A stretch of 64,000 nt of DNA from Ancylonema sp. (lineage: Eukaryota): positions 1-64,000 of the forward strand of contig JBFLGF010000041.1 in the NCBI GenBank assembly GCA_050230475.1. The letters run 5' to 3'. The notes beneath the pieces were generated by a model. It worked only from the letters and a program-made list of their open reading frames with translations, did not search any database and was not told the origin of the DNA. A program made the translations under genes and the position numbers. Shown piece after piece: positions 27,301 through 37,989 of this stretch (position 1 is the first letter of the stretch; each line of letters opens with the position of its first letter).

Positions 27301-28964
27301 CCAACCAGTCCCACAGCACCTCAACATTCTCTACTTGACACTCAGTTCATTTCAACCATTCCTTTTGATAGAGACCTTTCTCGAGCTGACAGCGACACTT
27401 TCAAACCAGATGAGCTACACGAGCACACGGAGGACGAATTACGAGACCGTTACCACACTATGATCTCCCAGAAACGATTTCAGGCGGTCGCATTCGAAAT
27501 GCCCAAAACAGAGGCCGAGGCAACGATCAAACGCAAAATCACGCAACTCATCAAGGAACAAGAGTCGGTGCTTCTCTGCAAAGATGTGCAAGCTGAACTC
27601 GACATCACGACAGCTCGGGAGGACGAAAAGAGCTGATGGATCCAACGCTATGATCTTCTGACAAACTGCATTCCAAATTGGAAGACAAGATGTAGGACCT
27701 GGTCAAACTTCACGCAACACAACTCCAAGAAGTTCGCCAAGAAGCTGCTCGTCTGGAACAGAGGCTGCATATGGAAATCGGAAAGAATGTGCTGCGAGGA
27801 GAACAGTCAGCAGCAATTCCCCGTTCCTCACCTACCAGCTCTGCACCCTCCACATCCATCAATCCTGCACCTTCTCCTGTTGCAAGCACCCCTACCCAAC
27901 GAGGGGGTGATACCATGGACACATCGGAGGCCATAAAACCTCTTACAATTGCTCCGCGCAAACGAGAGGCATATTCCACTCAACCAATCTCCCCGAGTGA
28001 AGTACGTCCCGCCAACCGGCAGCGCATGCAGTCAGCATCACCAGCCGCGGCAACACATCGAGTAGAGACCTATCTGATGGATAGTCGGCGGTCTACACCT
28101 ACGACTCCCAGCTCTTCATCCCAGCTACCCACGACGGAGGACCAGGGACAACCCACCGTCTAGGAAATGGAGAGGGAGGCTATGAAGAACAAGCCACTCG
28201 GTGCATACGCACACCTGCGCGACCCCAGAGACAAAACCGATGTTGCTCAACGCCTCGCACGCACAAATACGAGTGTGTCAGATTTTACCTTTCGCCAACC
28301 ATTCGGTCGACCGGCTATGGCGCATCTCCTCAACATGGGCGCCATCCCGAAGGCCTTCTCCGGGGCAGATCGCAGCAAGTTGGCAGATTCTATCTACGCG
28401 CCAAATATCCTATATTACGGAGACACGCACTACCAAACCATCACGCGAAATGGTCAAACTTATCTGAGGGAGGCACACCTCAAAATGCAACATGACTACC
28501 AACCAATCCAACCTGTCATCACCTGGGCAGGTCCCATATTTCAAGGTGCATACGCACTTCCTCGTACCATCATCTCCACGCAACCAACTTTTGAGGCTCG
28601 TGGTCTACACATCTACATCCCCTCCGGCAACCTGGAAATTGTGGAGATCTGTCTCGAGGGAGGCTCCATCGTTTCCCACGTCACGCCGAAGACGGACGGC
28701 ATCGACACCAAAAACCGCTACCGCCAAAATCTGCGACAACTCCAACTCCGCTTTCCAGACTAGCTGCCGATGCCGTTCGATGCACCATCTCAGCAGTGCG
28801 TGCCACCTTCTCCATTCGGGATCGAGCAAGCTCTTGGACGATCTGTGGGATACACAGCTCATGGTCGAATAACCGACGCCATGCGCGCCTCCCACCTTGG
28901 CCACATGATGGACGGACGACTCATCATGTTCCCGGCGGAAATCCTCCAGGGCACCAAACCATAG
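24390..28964 (+). pseudogene. degenerate gag / CCHC zinc knuckle / retropepsin protease / unknown-domain polyprotein
   Basis: Gag-like YMKGEAHREWQQF; CEYCKGKHHTRDQC (CX2CX4HX4C, 25429-25470); VVVDRGA...FDVLLGNEIL protease. Segments share frames broken by TAA/TAG stops. No RT, RNase H, integrase or tyrosine recombinase motif was recognised. Confidence 0.8.
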
Positions 28965-29862
28965 GAATCACCCCTCACCTCGGAACAAAGGTATTTACCA
29001 ACCTCGACTCTAGGGGGGAGGGACACTAGATCCTCCGGTCAAAAAAAATCAGCCAATCCTGTCAAACCACCCGGACGGAACAAATCCAAATCCAAAGTCA
29101 ACAGTCAAATCCAAACTACGGACAAACCCATTACAGTCCAAAGCTAACCGACCAATTTATGACCTAACATGGCATCGAAACCCGGTCCACGACCACGGCC
29201 CTCAAATTCAACCAAACCAACCAAAATAAGGCCTTAAAACTCAACGGTCAAACTTGATCTTTTTGGTCCACGACATTCTGGTCTCCGGTCCTTATCTGGT
29301 CAACAGAGTAAAACTCGAAATCAGTCTACAACCATCCCAGACCTACCAAACATCACTTGGATATCAAACACACCAAGACGACAATCTCTACCAACATCTC
29401 ATGCTGCCTCTTACCACACGAGGAAACACCATCAAAAACAACATGAAGATTTCTCTTTCCTCAACCACACTTTTCACTACCAACCATCGGAACCACCTTC
29501 AGTACCACCTGTACAACTACATTTTTCTTTATCACCATATTCTACCTCACTATCCACACTCTCGGATTTTCTCAGCATACCCGATAGTCTACCAAACTTG
29601 CTGGAAGTACCATCTTCCCCAGATTATGAACATACCGTTTATACATATTTGGATGATTCTACCATTCCTACCTATGCACAAGGATCTACACCTGATCCTG
29701 ACGCATTATTCGCATTGTTAAGTACACGATTACCTTATACTAGTGATCCTGTCTTACCTTTACCTTCCAGTTTTGCCAATCAACCACGGCATTCTTTTGT
29801 CATGTTCTTATACAACCTTGTTTGCTGCTATTTCCGAGCTCCTTCACAAGCGTTCCACAACT

Positions 29863-29872
29863 AGGGGGGGGA
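29863..29872 (+). other. polypurine tract
   Basis: a-g8-a immediately precedes the TG that starts repeat B1. Confidence 0.75.
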
Positions 29873-30025
29873 TGTGAGAGCAGCCGGACCACCAAGTCCA
29901 CCTGAGACCCTTCGATCACCTACGAACATCATCGATACCAACCCAGTCAACATCATCACTTCTACACCACGAGCATTACCACATGCATCTTTTTTTCCAG
30001 GCGGCCGACTTCAAACAGCATGTCA
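29873..30025 (+). repeat. split direct repeat B1
   Basis: Runs tgtgagagcagccggacc...agcatgtca; matches 31187-31383 apart from a ~45-bp internal gap. Confidence 0.93.
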
Positions 30026-30027
30026 GC

Positions 30028-31186
30028 TGTCATGACGCTAGAGATCGCTAAGGCGAAACCCTTCTAGATTGAACATAAACCCTTCTAGATTAATACTCTG
30101 CTATTACGAGAGTATTCGATATAACGATTTTCTAGAATTAGTACTTTACTAGAAAAATAGTGAAGTACGAAATTTGTACGACTTGAAAATAACGCGTGGC
30201 GTATTTACCGAAGTCTAGAATCCTGCAGTCTTCAACAAATAGCTGCGTGTCGATTTTGTTAAAATCACAAGTCACTTTCGACTTGTCGATAATCCCGGCG
30301 AACAAATCCAGCCGTAGAAACTAGAGTAATATCTCGCGCCGTTTTTCATCGGAGCGCCGAGATGAATTGTAATATTCTAGAAGCCAGCCTGTCGCTATCT
30401 TCGACAGTTTAACTCTAGTTAACTATGCCAGTTAGCACCGCGCAACAACTTTGTGATAAAAGAGAAAAATTGTACTTCCAGATCTGCCAGCTTCCGCTGT
30501 CAGATTATTGCGTTGTTAAGAAATCTCTTCCAAACAATCTTTTGTGTTATCTGAATCCTTTGCAATTCTGTAAATATTGCATCCCTTCGCTTACGCGACT
30601 TCGCAACGTGCTCGTCTTCCGACTCAGCTTGACATCCGCCAGCCAGCCGGTAAGATTGCAAATCATTTTTTGCAATGTGTGTGTGTGTATTTGATCTGAT
30701 TCATATGAATCTGTTGCTGACGCTCTTCCTAGGCCAGCTTGTTCATCGACTGTAATTTCTTACATCGATTCGTTGACGCTCTCTTCTCTCTGAGCGAGCA
30801 AGCGTGTGTGTGTGTATTAAACATCTGCCGATTTGCCCGCGTTCGCTCCGAACCGGCAATTTCATTTGTGTGTGTGTGTTTGTTGTTGCTCGCTCCGAGC
30901 CAGCATTTGTTGTTTACACCTGTCCGCTGACGCTCTTTCTGAGCCAGCATCTTTTATCGACGCGCCGTCGATACTTTGGCACCGAAAGTAACTCTTACGG
31001 CTGTTAACCTTGATAGTCTGCTCCAGACTCTCTTGTTTGCTTTATAGTATTTTCACACACATTTGTACTATAAACCATCTGTTAGCTCGCCCTCGGCGTT
31101 AAGTAGTGAATTTCACCAGACCGCTGAGACGTGTGATAGATATAATATTGATATCTCAAGAGACTCTCAATCTGCAATACTACTTA
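30028..31186 (+). repeat. split direct repeat A2
   Basis: Second copy of 22586-23735. Confidence 0.95.
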
Positions 31187-31383
31187 GTGAGAGCAGCCGG
31201 ACCGCCAAGTCCACTTGAGACCCTTCGATCACCTACGAACATCATCGATACTAACCCAGTCAACATCATCACTTCTGTACCACGAGCATTACCACATGCA
31301 TCTTTTTGAGAAACATCCGGGAACAAAAGGGAACAAAGTATGAAGAGCATCAGTCCGGGCGGCCGACTCCAAATAGCACGTCA
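31187..31383 (+). repeat. split direct repeat B2
   Basis: Runs gtgagagcagccggacc...agcacgtca and is followed by the TSD tcca. Confidence 0.93.
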
Positions 31384-33039
31384 TCCATCGCCCCATCCGC
31401 AATAGTCTTGATCTCTTACAAGGTGCTAAACTTGTGTACGTGTTCACCGATTTTCGGATCCTTGAAAAGTTCAAGCAGGCAAGTGTATTTTCCTCCGTGG
31501 ATTACAAGCAGGCATTTCCCATGTGGCCCAAAAGCGACAACAAGTACTCTTAAGAAGATGCGTGGAGGCTACTCATGATATACGTTCTCATGTTGACAAG
31601 AGGGAAGAATATTCTTCCCTCTTATATTCCCTCTTTAAAGGAACTCTGAGGAATCCTATTTTATTTTTTGAAGACTTGGTCGAGCGATAGGCTTCGTGAA
31701 GTGTTTATGAAAAACATGCACCAGATAATGGAGTAGGATTCATGTAATTATTATTGTAAAAGATTGTTTGTTAAATTTAAGTCTTGCAGTTGTTAACATC
31801 TTCTAGCATTTCTATTTTTATCACCTTACTTTCTAAGTAAAAACGGAAGTCGCCTTGGAGCCTTTTTTGGAACAAGTTGTAAAGATTGATGAAAATGAAA
31901 GCAAATAAAAAGAAGCTAAGAAGAGTGGGTCTTTCAACGAATGCCCTATTCTCGCACCAGCAAAAAGGAATAAAACATTTGCACATCTAATGGTAAGACA
32001 TGCGCGTGTCATGTATTTCATGGATAAATGCCTCCGGTTGATGCCCAATTTGATAAGGATAGGCACCCGATGTTACTATTCTACTTCCGAAGATGTGTGG
32101 GGTCTAAAACCATGAAAAAACGCATATTTCTTGACAATACGCGTATTTTCTAATCGCGAAATTTTCAATACGAGAAATACGGCGTATTGTGAACCCAGCG
32201 TATTGATAGCGTATTGCGTATTGTGCAACCCTGATATACACCACCTTAAATAACCCCTCTCCCCACTTCCCACTCCTCACTTGTCACTTCCTAAAAATCT
32301 TTACTCACTACGAATAACACACTTCTAAGTACCAACTTATACCAAAATTTTAGCCATTTTGTCAATTTTGAATTTCACCATCTCAATCAATGGACGGTTG
32401 GATATGAACATGCGATTTCATTTTTTTTATTTTTTTTAATATTGCTACAACTTCGCAAGCCACATATGACACATGTATATCACACGTGTGAGGTACATAA
32501 AAAACATGAAGCCCCACGTCCTTTTTCCCCGCGGAAAAATTGCCTTGCAAAAAAACCCGAAAAGTTCCCGGGTCGGACCGAGTCCCGAGTCGGGACCCGG
32601 TCCGTCCGCGATCCGAAAATCCAATGTTGCCGGTCCGTGCAACTAAGATTAAAAATCTAAAATTTACGACGACAAAATATTATTATATTATTTCAAAGAG
32701 AGGGTGTCTGCCCAACGATGAATCAATCCATCACTCCAGTTCGTATCGAAGACAAGGGTGCAATGACTCGGTGATCTATCCTCGTCGTACTCCTTGCTCG
32801 TCGGTTACTGCGTCTTTTAAAACACGGGCGATTCAAGCACCCCTTCGCACATAGGCACCTCAAACTTTATTCGCGTTGCTTCCACAATCTGGGTTGACAA
32901 CCAAAATCAACCCTTATTTTAGTGAGAAGTTAAAATAGTGGATCCAACAACACACACTAGAAACACCATTGCGAGAGGATCAATAACCAAAATGAACTAC
33001 TACCTACCTAGGTCCTCATGAAGAAAATAATGCACTCAC

Positions 33040-35104
33040 CTCGATGTTGTGAGGGTCGTTCCACGTTCCCTCCGCTCCCACCGGACCGTTCCGTCACAAG
33101 TACAGGTCCCGCCAAGAAACGTGGACAACTCACTGCCAACCACGCACGGAACCTTTGAGCATGCGTGCCGCTCTTGTTGTTCTCCACCGATACAGAATTC
33201 CACACACATCTGACTTCGGTACCCTGGGGCCTTCTATTTCTCCCAACAGACTCTATTTAATTGGAGAGGAGACTGAGGAGAGTGGATTGTACCTTGGGTG
33301 GATGATGTCCAACAACTTTGATTTATCGGTGCCACATATCTGCCACACATAGGGAGGCGCAAGAGAGGCTCATGGGACAACGCAATATAGGTTTCCAATT
33401 TGAAATTTATGGGCCGCACATGCCAAGAACAGTCCTTTCTGTCGGGTAAGCAATCAAGGCCGCACACCTGGATCCGGTGGTGAATCTCCTTTGCGTACAA
33501 GGCATGTTTGATCCAAGTCTCGAATACCCGCTGTGTGGGCCCCACATTGACCATGTAGACGTTTCTAAGAATCTGCACAAGTTGAGAAGCCATCCTCGGG
33601 ATCGTCAATTCACTTCCTATACGTCCCCCACGATACATTCAAGGGGTACACCTTCAACCACGTGGCGCTTGGTGAAGGTTGGCATGGTGATGGCATCACG
33701 AGGTGTCCCTCATGTTGCCTTACGAGAGCAATCACACGGCAGCCATGAAACCAAACCCGGAGTGATGCATCCCATGAACAACATTCCTGGTCAACAGCCA
33801 TAAGCCCGTGAGCCCTGAGCCCCGAGTCCGCCCATGATAAGTAGCCTCTTCACCTGAGGAAAGTACGCTTCCACATTCATCAATTGTTTCATGACGTACT
33901 CAGAAGTCCCCCAGTTCTGCACTCAAGGCATAGGTAGGAAGTCCGCTCCAAAATCAGTTTGCCACCGCAACATCATCATTAAAACATACGGTCGGACAGA
34001 GCAATCCAATATCCCTCCTTCGCTTTTCCCTTGAAGAGCCATACTATGATGCCATGCTTCTACGAGGTACAGAATTGTGGTGGTATGATATCGTTAAAAC
34101 AAGGTGCAATAAATACTTTGGAGCTTCCCTCCTCCTCCATTCATCATGCTTCCTTGTCTCCCACCATTCTTACCAAGCCTGAAAAGTCATAGATTCTGGT
34201 GGGCGTGGTGGAAAGGATGCCCAGCAGCCGCAGCGCAAGCAGGAAATTTGACGTTGATCGTATGCTCCAGCTCCTTGACATAATGCCTCATGATCCGATC
34301 CATGGTGGTGTGTTTCAGGAGTTGGCGAGTACTCATTGCGGCCCAACGCACAATTTGCACGGGCTGCCCCTTACGATCCACTCCATGAAAACAGTAGGGG
34401 AGATAGGGGTGCAGCTCAGGCAGCTCCGAAAAGGTAAACTTCTGAAACCCTCCCAAATGCAGAACATTATGAAAAGGTGGGCAGTTGTACAAGTTCTTTG
34501 ATGTCTGGACAGAAGGTATCACAATCTGTCATCGGATTGCACACTCAGATTGAGCGCGAGAGAAGCGTCTCATCGTCAGTAGAGCAGGGGCCAGGAGTAC
34601 CTCCAGGAGGGAGTTTGTTCCGAACTGCTCCCGCCACTGAAGCCATTTGATCCACTTCCTCTTAGACTCGAGTAAGTCTACTTTTCTCGGATTTATGAAC
34701 CTGGATGAGAGACACGAATTTTCTCAAATTATACTGACCGATGACAATCAGCCGCTAGAAGACAAAATTGAAGCCACCGATGCATGCCCACATATTGAGC
34801 CACCCCAAATACCGCACATAGTTTACATAGTTCACAGTCCGGAACAGAACATTGTAGACATCTCATTTCGTAATAGGGGGAAGTACTACGAGTTTGAATG
34901 CTGCTATGTCCAACAGAACCCTGATTACCTAAAAAGAATCCCGTAGTTGTCATGTTTTTCAGGTAAGAGACTCGCATCCTTCAGAATATTCCGAAAACTC
35001 TCCACTGTCTCCACCCACCACTCACGCACGTCAACCTGAGTGGCCAGCAGCTTTTCTTGAGCCCCCAACTGCTGTTGACCTTCCGCGCGACCGAAAGAGT
35101 TCAT
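33040..35104 (-). pseudogene. SEC14/CRAL-TRIO phosphatidylinositol transfer protein (SFH-like) with two apparent frameshifts; 3' end unresolved
   Basis: Exons: VESFRNIL...LLPEKHDNY, W..WLQWREQFG, FHGVDRKGQPV, VKFPACAAAAG, SKLLDII, ELSTFLGGTCTC. Frame breaks occur near 34201 and 33072-33093. Confidence 0.8.
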
Positions 35105-35388
35105 GGCTCAAAAAACCAGATGTTCTCCTCCCCAGCTTTACCCTATACTCAAGATATCCTCTTCCGTTCTCTGCGAGGCTCTCGGAGCTTGTCTGCTCTC
35201 TACGGACTGGCAGCGCGTGCTCGTCTGACAGAGTGCTTGGCTGACACCGCGTGCCTGGTGATATCGCGCGTGCTAGTCTGTTCCTGGGAGATAAATCCGA
35301 AGTCATTATTTCACCGACAGAGAACTACCGGTTTTCCGCGTGACTTGCGCTCAGGTGAATTTTTATCACCAACTCGGGTACTCAAAAC

Positions 35389-35777
35389 CATAGATCTACA
35401 CGCCCGTTAAAATCTCCACCGGGCGGCGCCCGCGGGCGAATTCGCCCGCGAGCGAAATTTGGGCGGGAATATCCCGCCCGCAGTGGGGTATATAGAGCTT
35501 TTTTAGGGTTCTGGTGTTTTCAGTTTGTAAAACTCCACACTGATCGAAATAAAAAAATAAAAAGTGCTAATATCAACAACATAATTTCATCTACATGTTT
35601 TTTTTTTTTTTTTAAGAATCTCATAAAACGTCTAGAAGCTATGCTTCTTTGAACTTGCTGTCTTGAAATCCCGAAATTCAGCGCGCCCGGGATGGACGGC
35701 GGGGCGGCGCCCGCGGGCGGTATCGCCCGCGGGCGAAGGCGGGCGAAAATATCCCCGCCCGCGGGCGGGTATATCTT
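35389..35777. mobile_element. hAT-type MITE family B
   Basis: Ends catagatctacacgcccg / cgggcgggtatatctt, flanked by ctcaaaac (35381-35388, 35778-35785), with gcccgcgggcg subterminal repeats. Confidence 0.75.
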
Positions 35778-35785
35778 CTCAAAAC

Positions 35786-36608
35786 CTACAGATGGCTCCG
35801 CCCCGCAAATTTCGCCCCGGTTTTTCGCCCCGGCCGAGATCGCCCCGGACGGCGCCCCGGGCGAATTTTTTTCGCCTGGGGCGTGGCCATGGAGGTTTTT
35901 TAGTTTGGGAGCGACTGCGGGCACCCCCCTCCGACTGGCCCGCAGTCTTTCTCTTAAAATAAGGTAAGTTCAAAAAACTACAGCTTCCAAACGTTTTGCG
36001 CTATTTAAAATATTTTTTTCTATGTACTGTAGAAGGGACTGCTAACTAAATATTAACATTTTTTTCATATTTGTTTACCGATCAATGTGGAGTAAAAAAA
36101 AATGGAGAGACTTCGGGCTTTTCGGAGGGGGGTGCCCGCAGTCGCTTTGGGGGGTGCCCGCAGTCTCTCCCTTTTAGTGTAAAAGGACCCCAAGACCACG
36201 TAGATCATGTACATCTTTTTAAGAATTGAATCCGATAAGTATTCGAGCTTTTATAACACTAAGTACACCTGCCATCTTTACCCGTGTAATATTCTTTTGT
36301 ATATCTCAAGTGTTTTTTTTTTTTTTTGGTATTTTGTTTTTATCGCATTATACCACGCCACGCCACGGAGTCGGACTCATGGATGACACTAGATGATGTC
36401 AGACGTGTGGCGTATGGCGCACATTGTGCAAGAAGTCGGTTTTGAACAAAACCAACCCTATTTCCACATTGCGGCATTTTTATTTTTGTTTGTATTTTGG
36501 CCTAAGGCTCCGCCCCGAAAATTTTGCCCCGTTTTTCGCCCCAATCGAGCTCGCCCCCGGCGGCGCCCCCGGCGAAAAAAAAAATCGGCCGGGGCGGGGC
36601 CAACTGTG
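35786..36608 (+). mobile_element. hAT-type MITE family A, copy 2 (carries a nested MULE MITE)
   Basis: Ends ctacagatggctccgcccc / ggggcggggccaactgtg, with TSD ctcaaaac / ctccaaac. The core is shared with 10093-11650. Confidence 0.85.
35907..36171. mobile_element. Mutator-type MITE, copy 2
   Basis: Same TIR family as 11705-11987, with 9-bp TSD ttttagttt / ttttagtgt. Confidence 0.88.
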
Positions 36609-36644
36609 CTCCAAACCCCGATGTGAAAAACCGACAATTGTTGG

Positions 36645-36739
36645 CATGGTACTACCCGACGCGGACGTCGCGGACGCGTCCGCCAGCTGACGTCTTCTGG
36701 ATGCGTCCGCAAATTCCCGGTGGACGTCCGGGTACTCTG
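36645..36739. mobile_element. small GC-rich MITE-like palindrome
   Basis: Carries ggacgcgtcc motifs as in 5002-5104 and imperfect catggtac / gtactctg ends. No clear TSD. Confidence 0.4.
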
Positions 36740-37989
36740 AGTGTATAGGAGTCCATGTTTCCTTTGATAAAAGTGTGGTATGGACGGTGAGATCGTGTCT
36801 TCGAGTTGCCCGTTATCCTCTAGGTTGTAGGATCTAAGGACTGAAAGAACACAACTGTCTCTGTCGTCCGACAACTTTTTGATTTGGGAAAATTTATTGT
36901 AATTGCGAATACTTATTTTAGTGTGTACAAAGAACTTCACCGCACTCGGCACCGTAAATGGTTTTCAATTATTTATTGAATCCCGAAATCTATCATTTTT
37001 ATTAGTACCTCAAAGGTCGGATTCATTCAGCAAAAACTATTGACATAAATTCCATTTTTGGTTTTTTTTAATCAATTATGTACATAGATTTCCCGAAATC
37101 GATGCCAAAATCATCAATAATCACTACCGGATTCCCGGAATCATTATCACGAATCAATGAAAAATTCAATTTGTTTTGAAAAATAAATTAATTTGCAACA
37201 ACACTCCTCGGAAAAAAAAACGAATCAACGTTTATTTGACCCATTAAGTATTGAGACTCTCAAAACCTATTTTCTGCGTGACTCTCGATATGAGACAAGA
37301 ACCGTGTTACGTTACGGACAAGAACCGTGTCGCTCAAGACCACAGAGCTGAGAGCTGAGAGCCGACATTGTTGAGTCAGCAAAGCTTTGATATATTTTTT
37401 TTAGTTTTTACTTTGTTTAGTTTTGGCCGCAGGGAACGGCCAAATTTGCTCGATGTTCAAGTGCGTACGGTAATTAAGTTTTTCTTCTTTATCTAACTTT
37501 GTTTGGGCAACGAAATGTCAAGCAAGGATGCAGATCTACATAACTTGATAAGAGCTCAAAGTCTACAATTTTATCAAAGTCTGCAAAGAAGCAATCCATA
37601 TCACACGTTTTTTTTTTTTTTTTTTTTTTTTTTGGTAGTATATATAATGTTATATCCAAGAATTTCCCTCTCTTGATGACGATGTGGAAGAATAAACAAA
37701 AAGAAAGAAAGAAAAAAGCGAATCCTATTGACTTATATTCATAACACGCCCACTTGATATGACAAAATAAAATACCACTTTCAAGATGTACAAATCACAA
37801 AAGGCATGCCAGACTATGCTCACAAACTGCATTCCATCACAGACTACAAATTCAAACGACGGAAAAAACACGCCGAAAAATGTGTGTTTTTTTTTTTTTT
37901 TTTTTTGAGCCGATTCGAAATCTTTACCCCCGTAATTTCCACTCTTGATGTAGACTTTAAAAGCGTAAACAAAAAACAACCGTTAAAGG

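Larger units (their letters stand above)
22586..31383 (+). mobile_element. 8.8-kb non-autonomous gag-protease retroelement with split direct repeats (A1-ORFs-PPT-B1-gc-A2-B2), TG...CA ends and 4-bp TSD
   Basis: A1 22586-23735 matches A2 30028-31186, and B1 29873-30025 matches B2 31187-31383. TSD tcca lies at 22582-22585 and 31384-31387. The PPT is at 29863-29872. Confidence 0.88.
22161..32233 (+). mobile_element. non-autonomous hAT element with transposase C-terminal (dimerisation) remnant, interrupted by the split-repeat retroelement
   Basis: aatacgc repeats at 22170-22280 are mirrored as gcgtatt at 32140-32222, and the right TIR is ttgtgcaaccctg. The joined flanks read PASTCSCKRNWCVYGFIH|RPIRNSLDLLQGAKLVYVF (hAT dimerisation motif). 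The left boundary is approximate. Confidence 0.75.

Noticed and set aside
22586..31186. Reading A1 and A2 as the LTRs of an ordinary LTR retrotransposon
   Set aside because: There is no TSD after A2, the PPT precedes B1 rather than A2, and the host hAT frame resumes only after B2.
32545..32647. GC-rich palindromic patch ending gcaactaag as an intact MITE
   Set aside because: No matching left TIR or TSD was found.
35031..35306. 91-aa ORF as SEC14 exon 1
   Set aside because: It would need a 31-bp intron. An ATG at 35104 in another frame reads directly into the conserved region, so this is at most an overlapping uORF.
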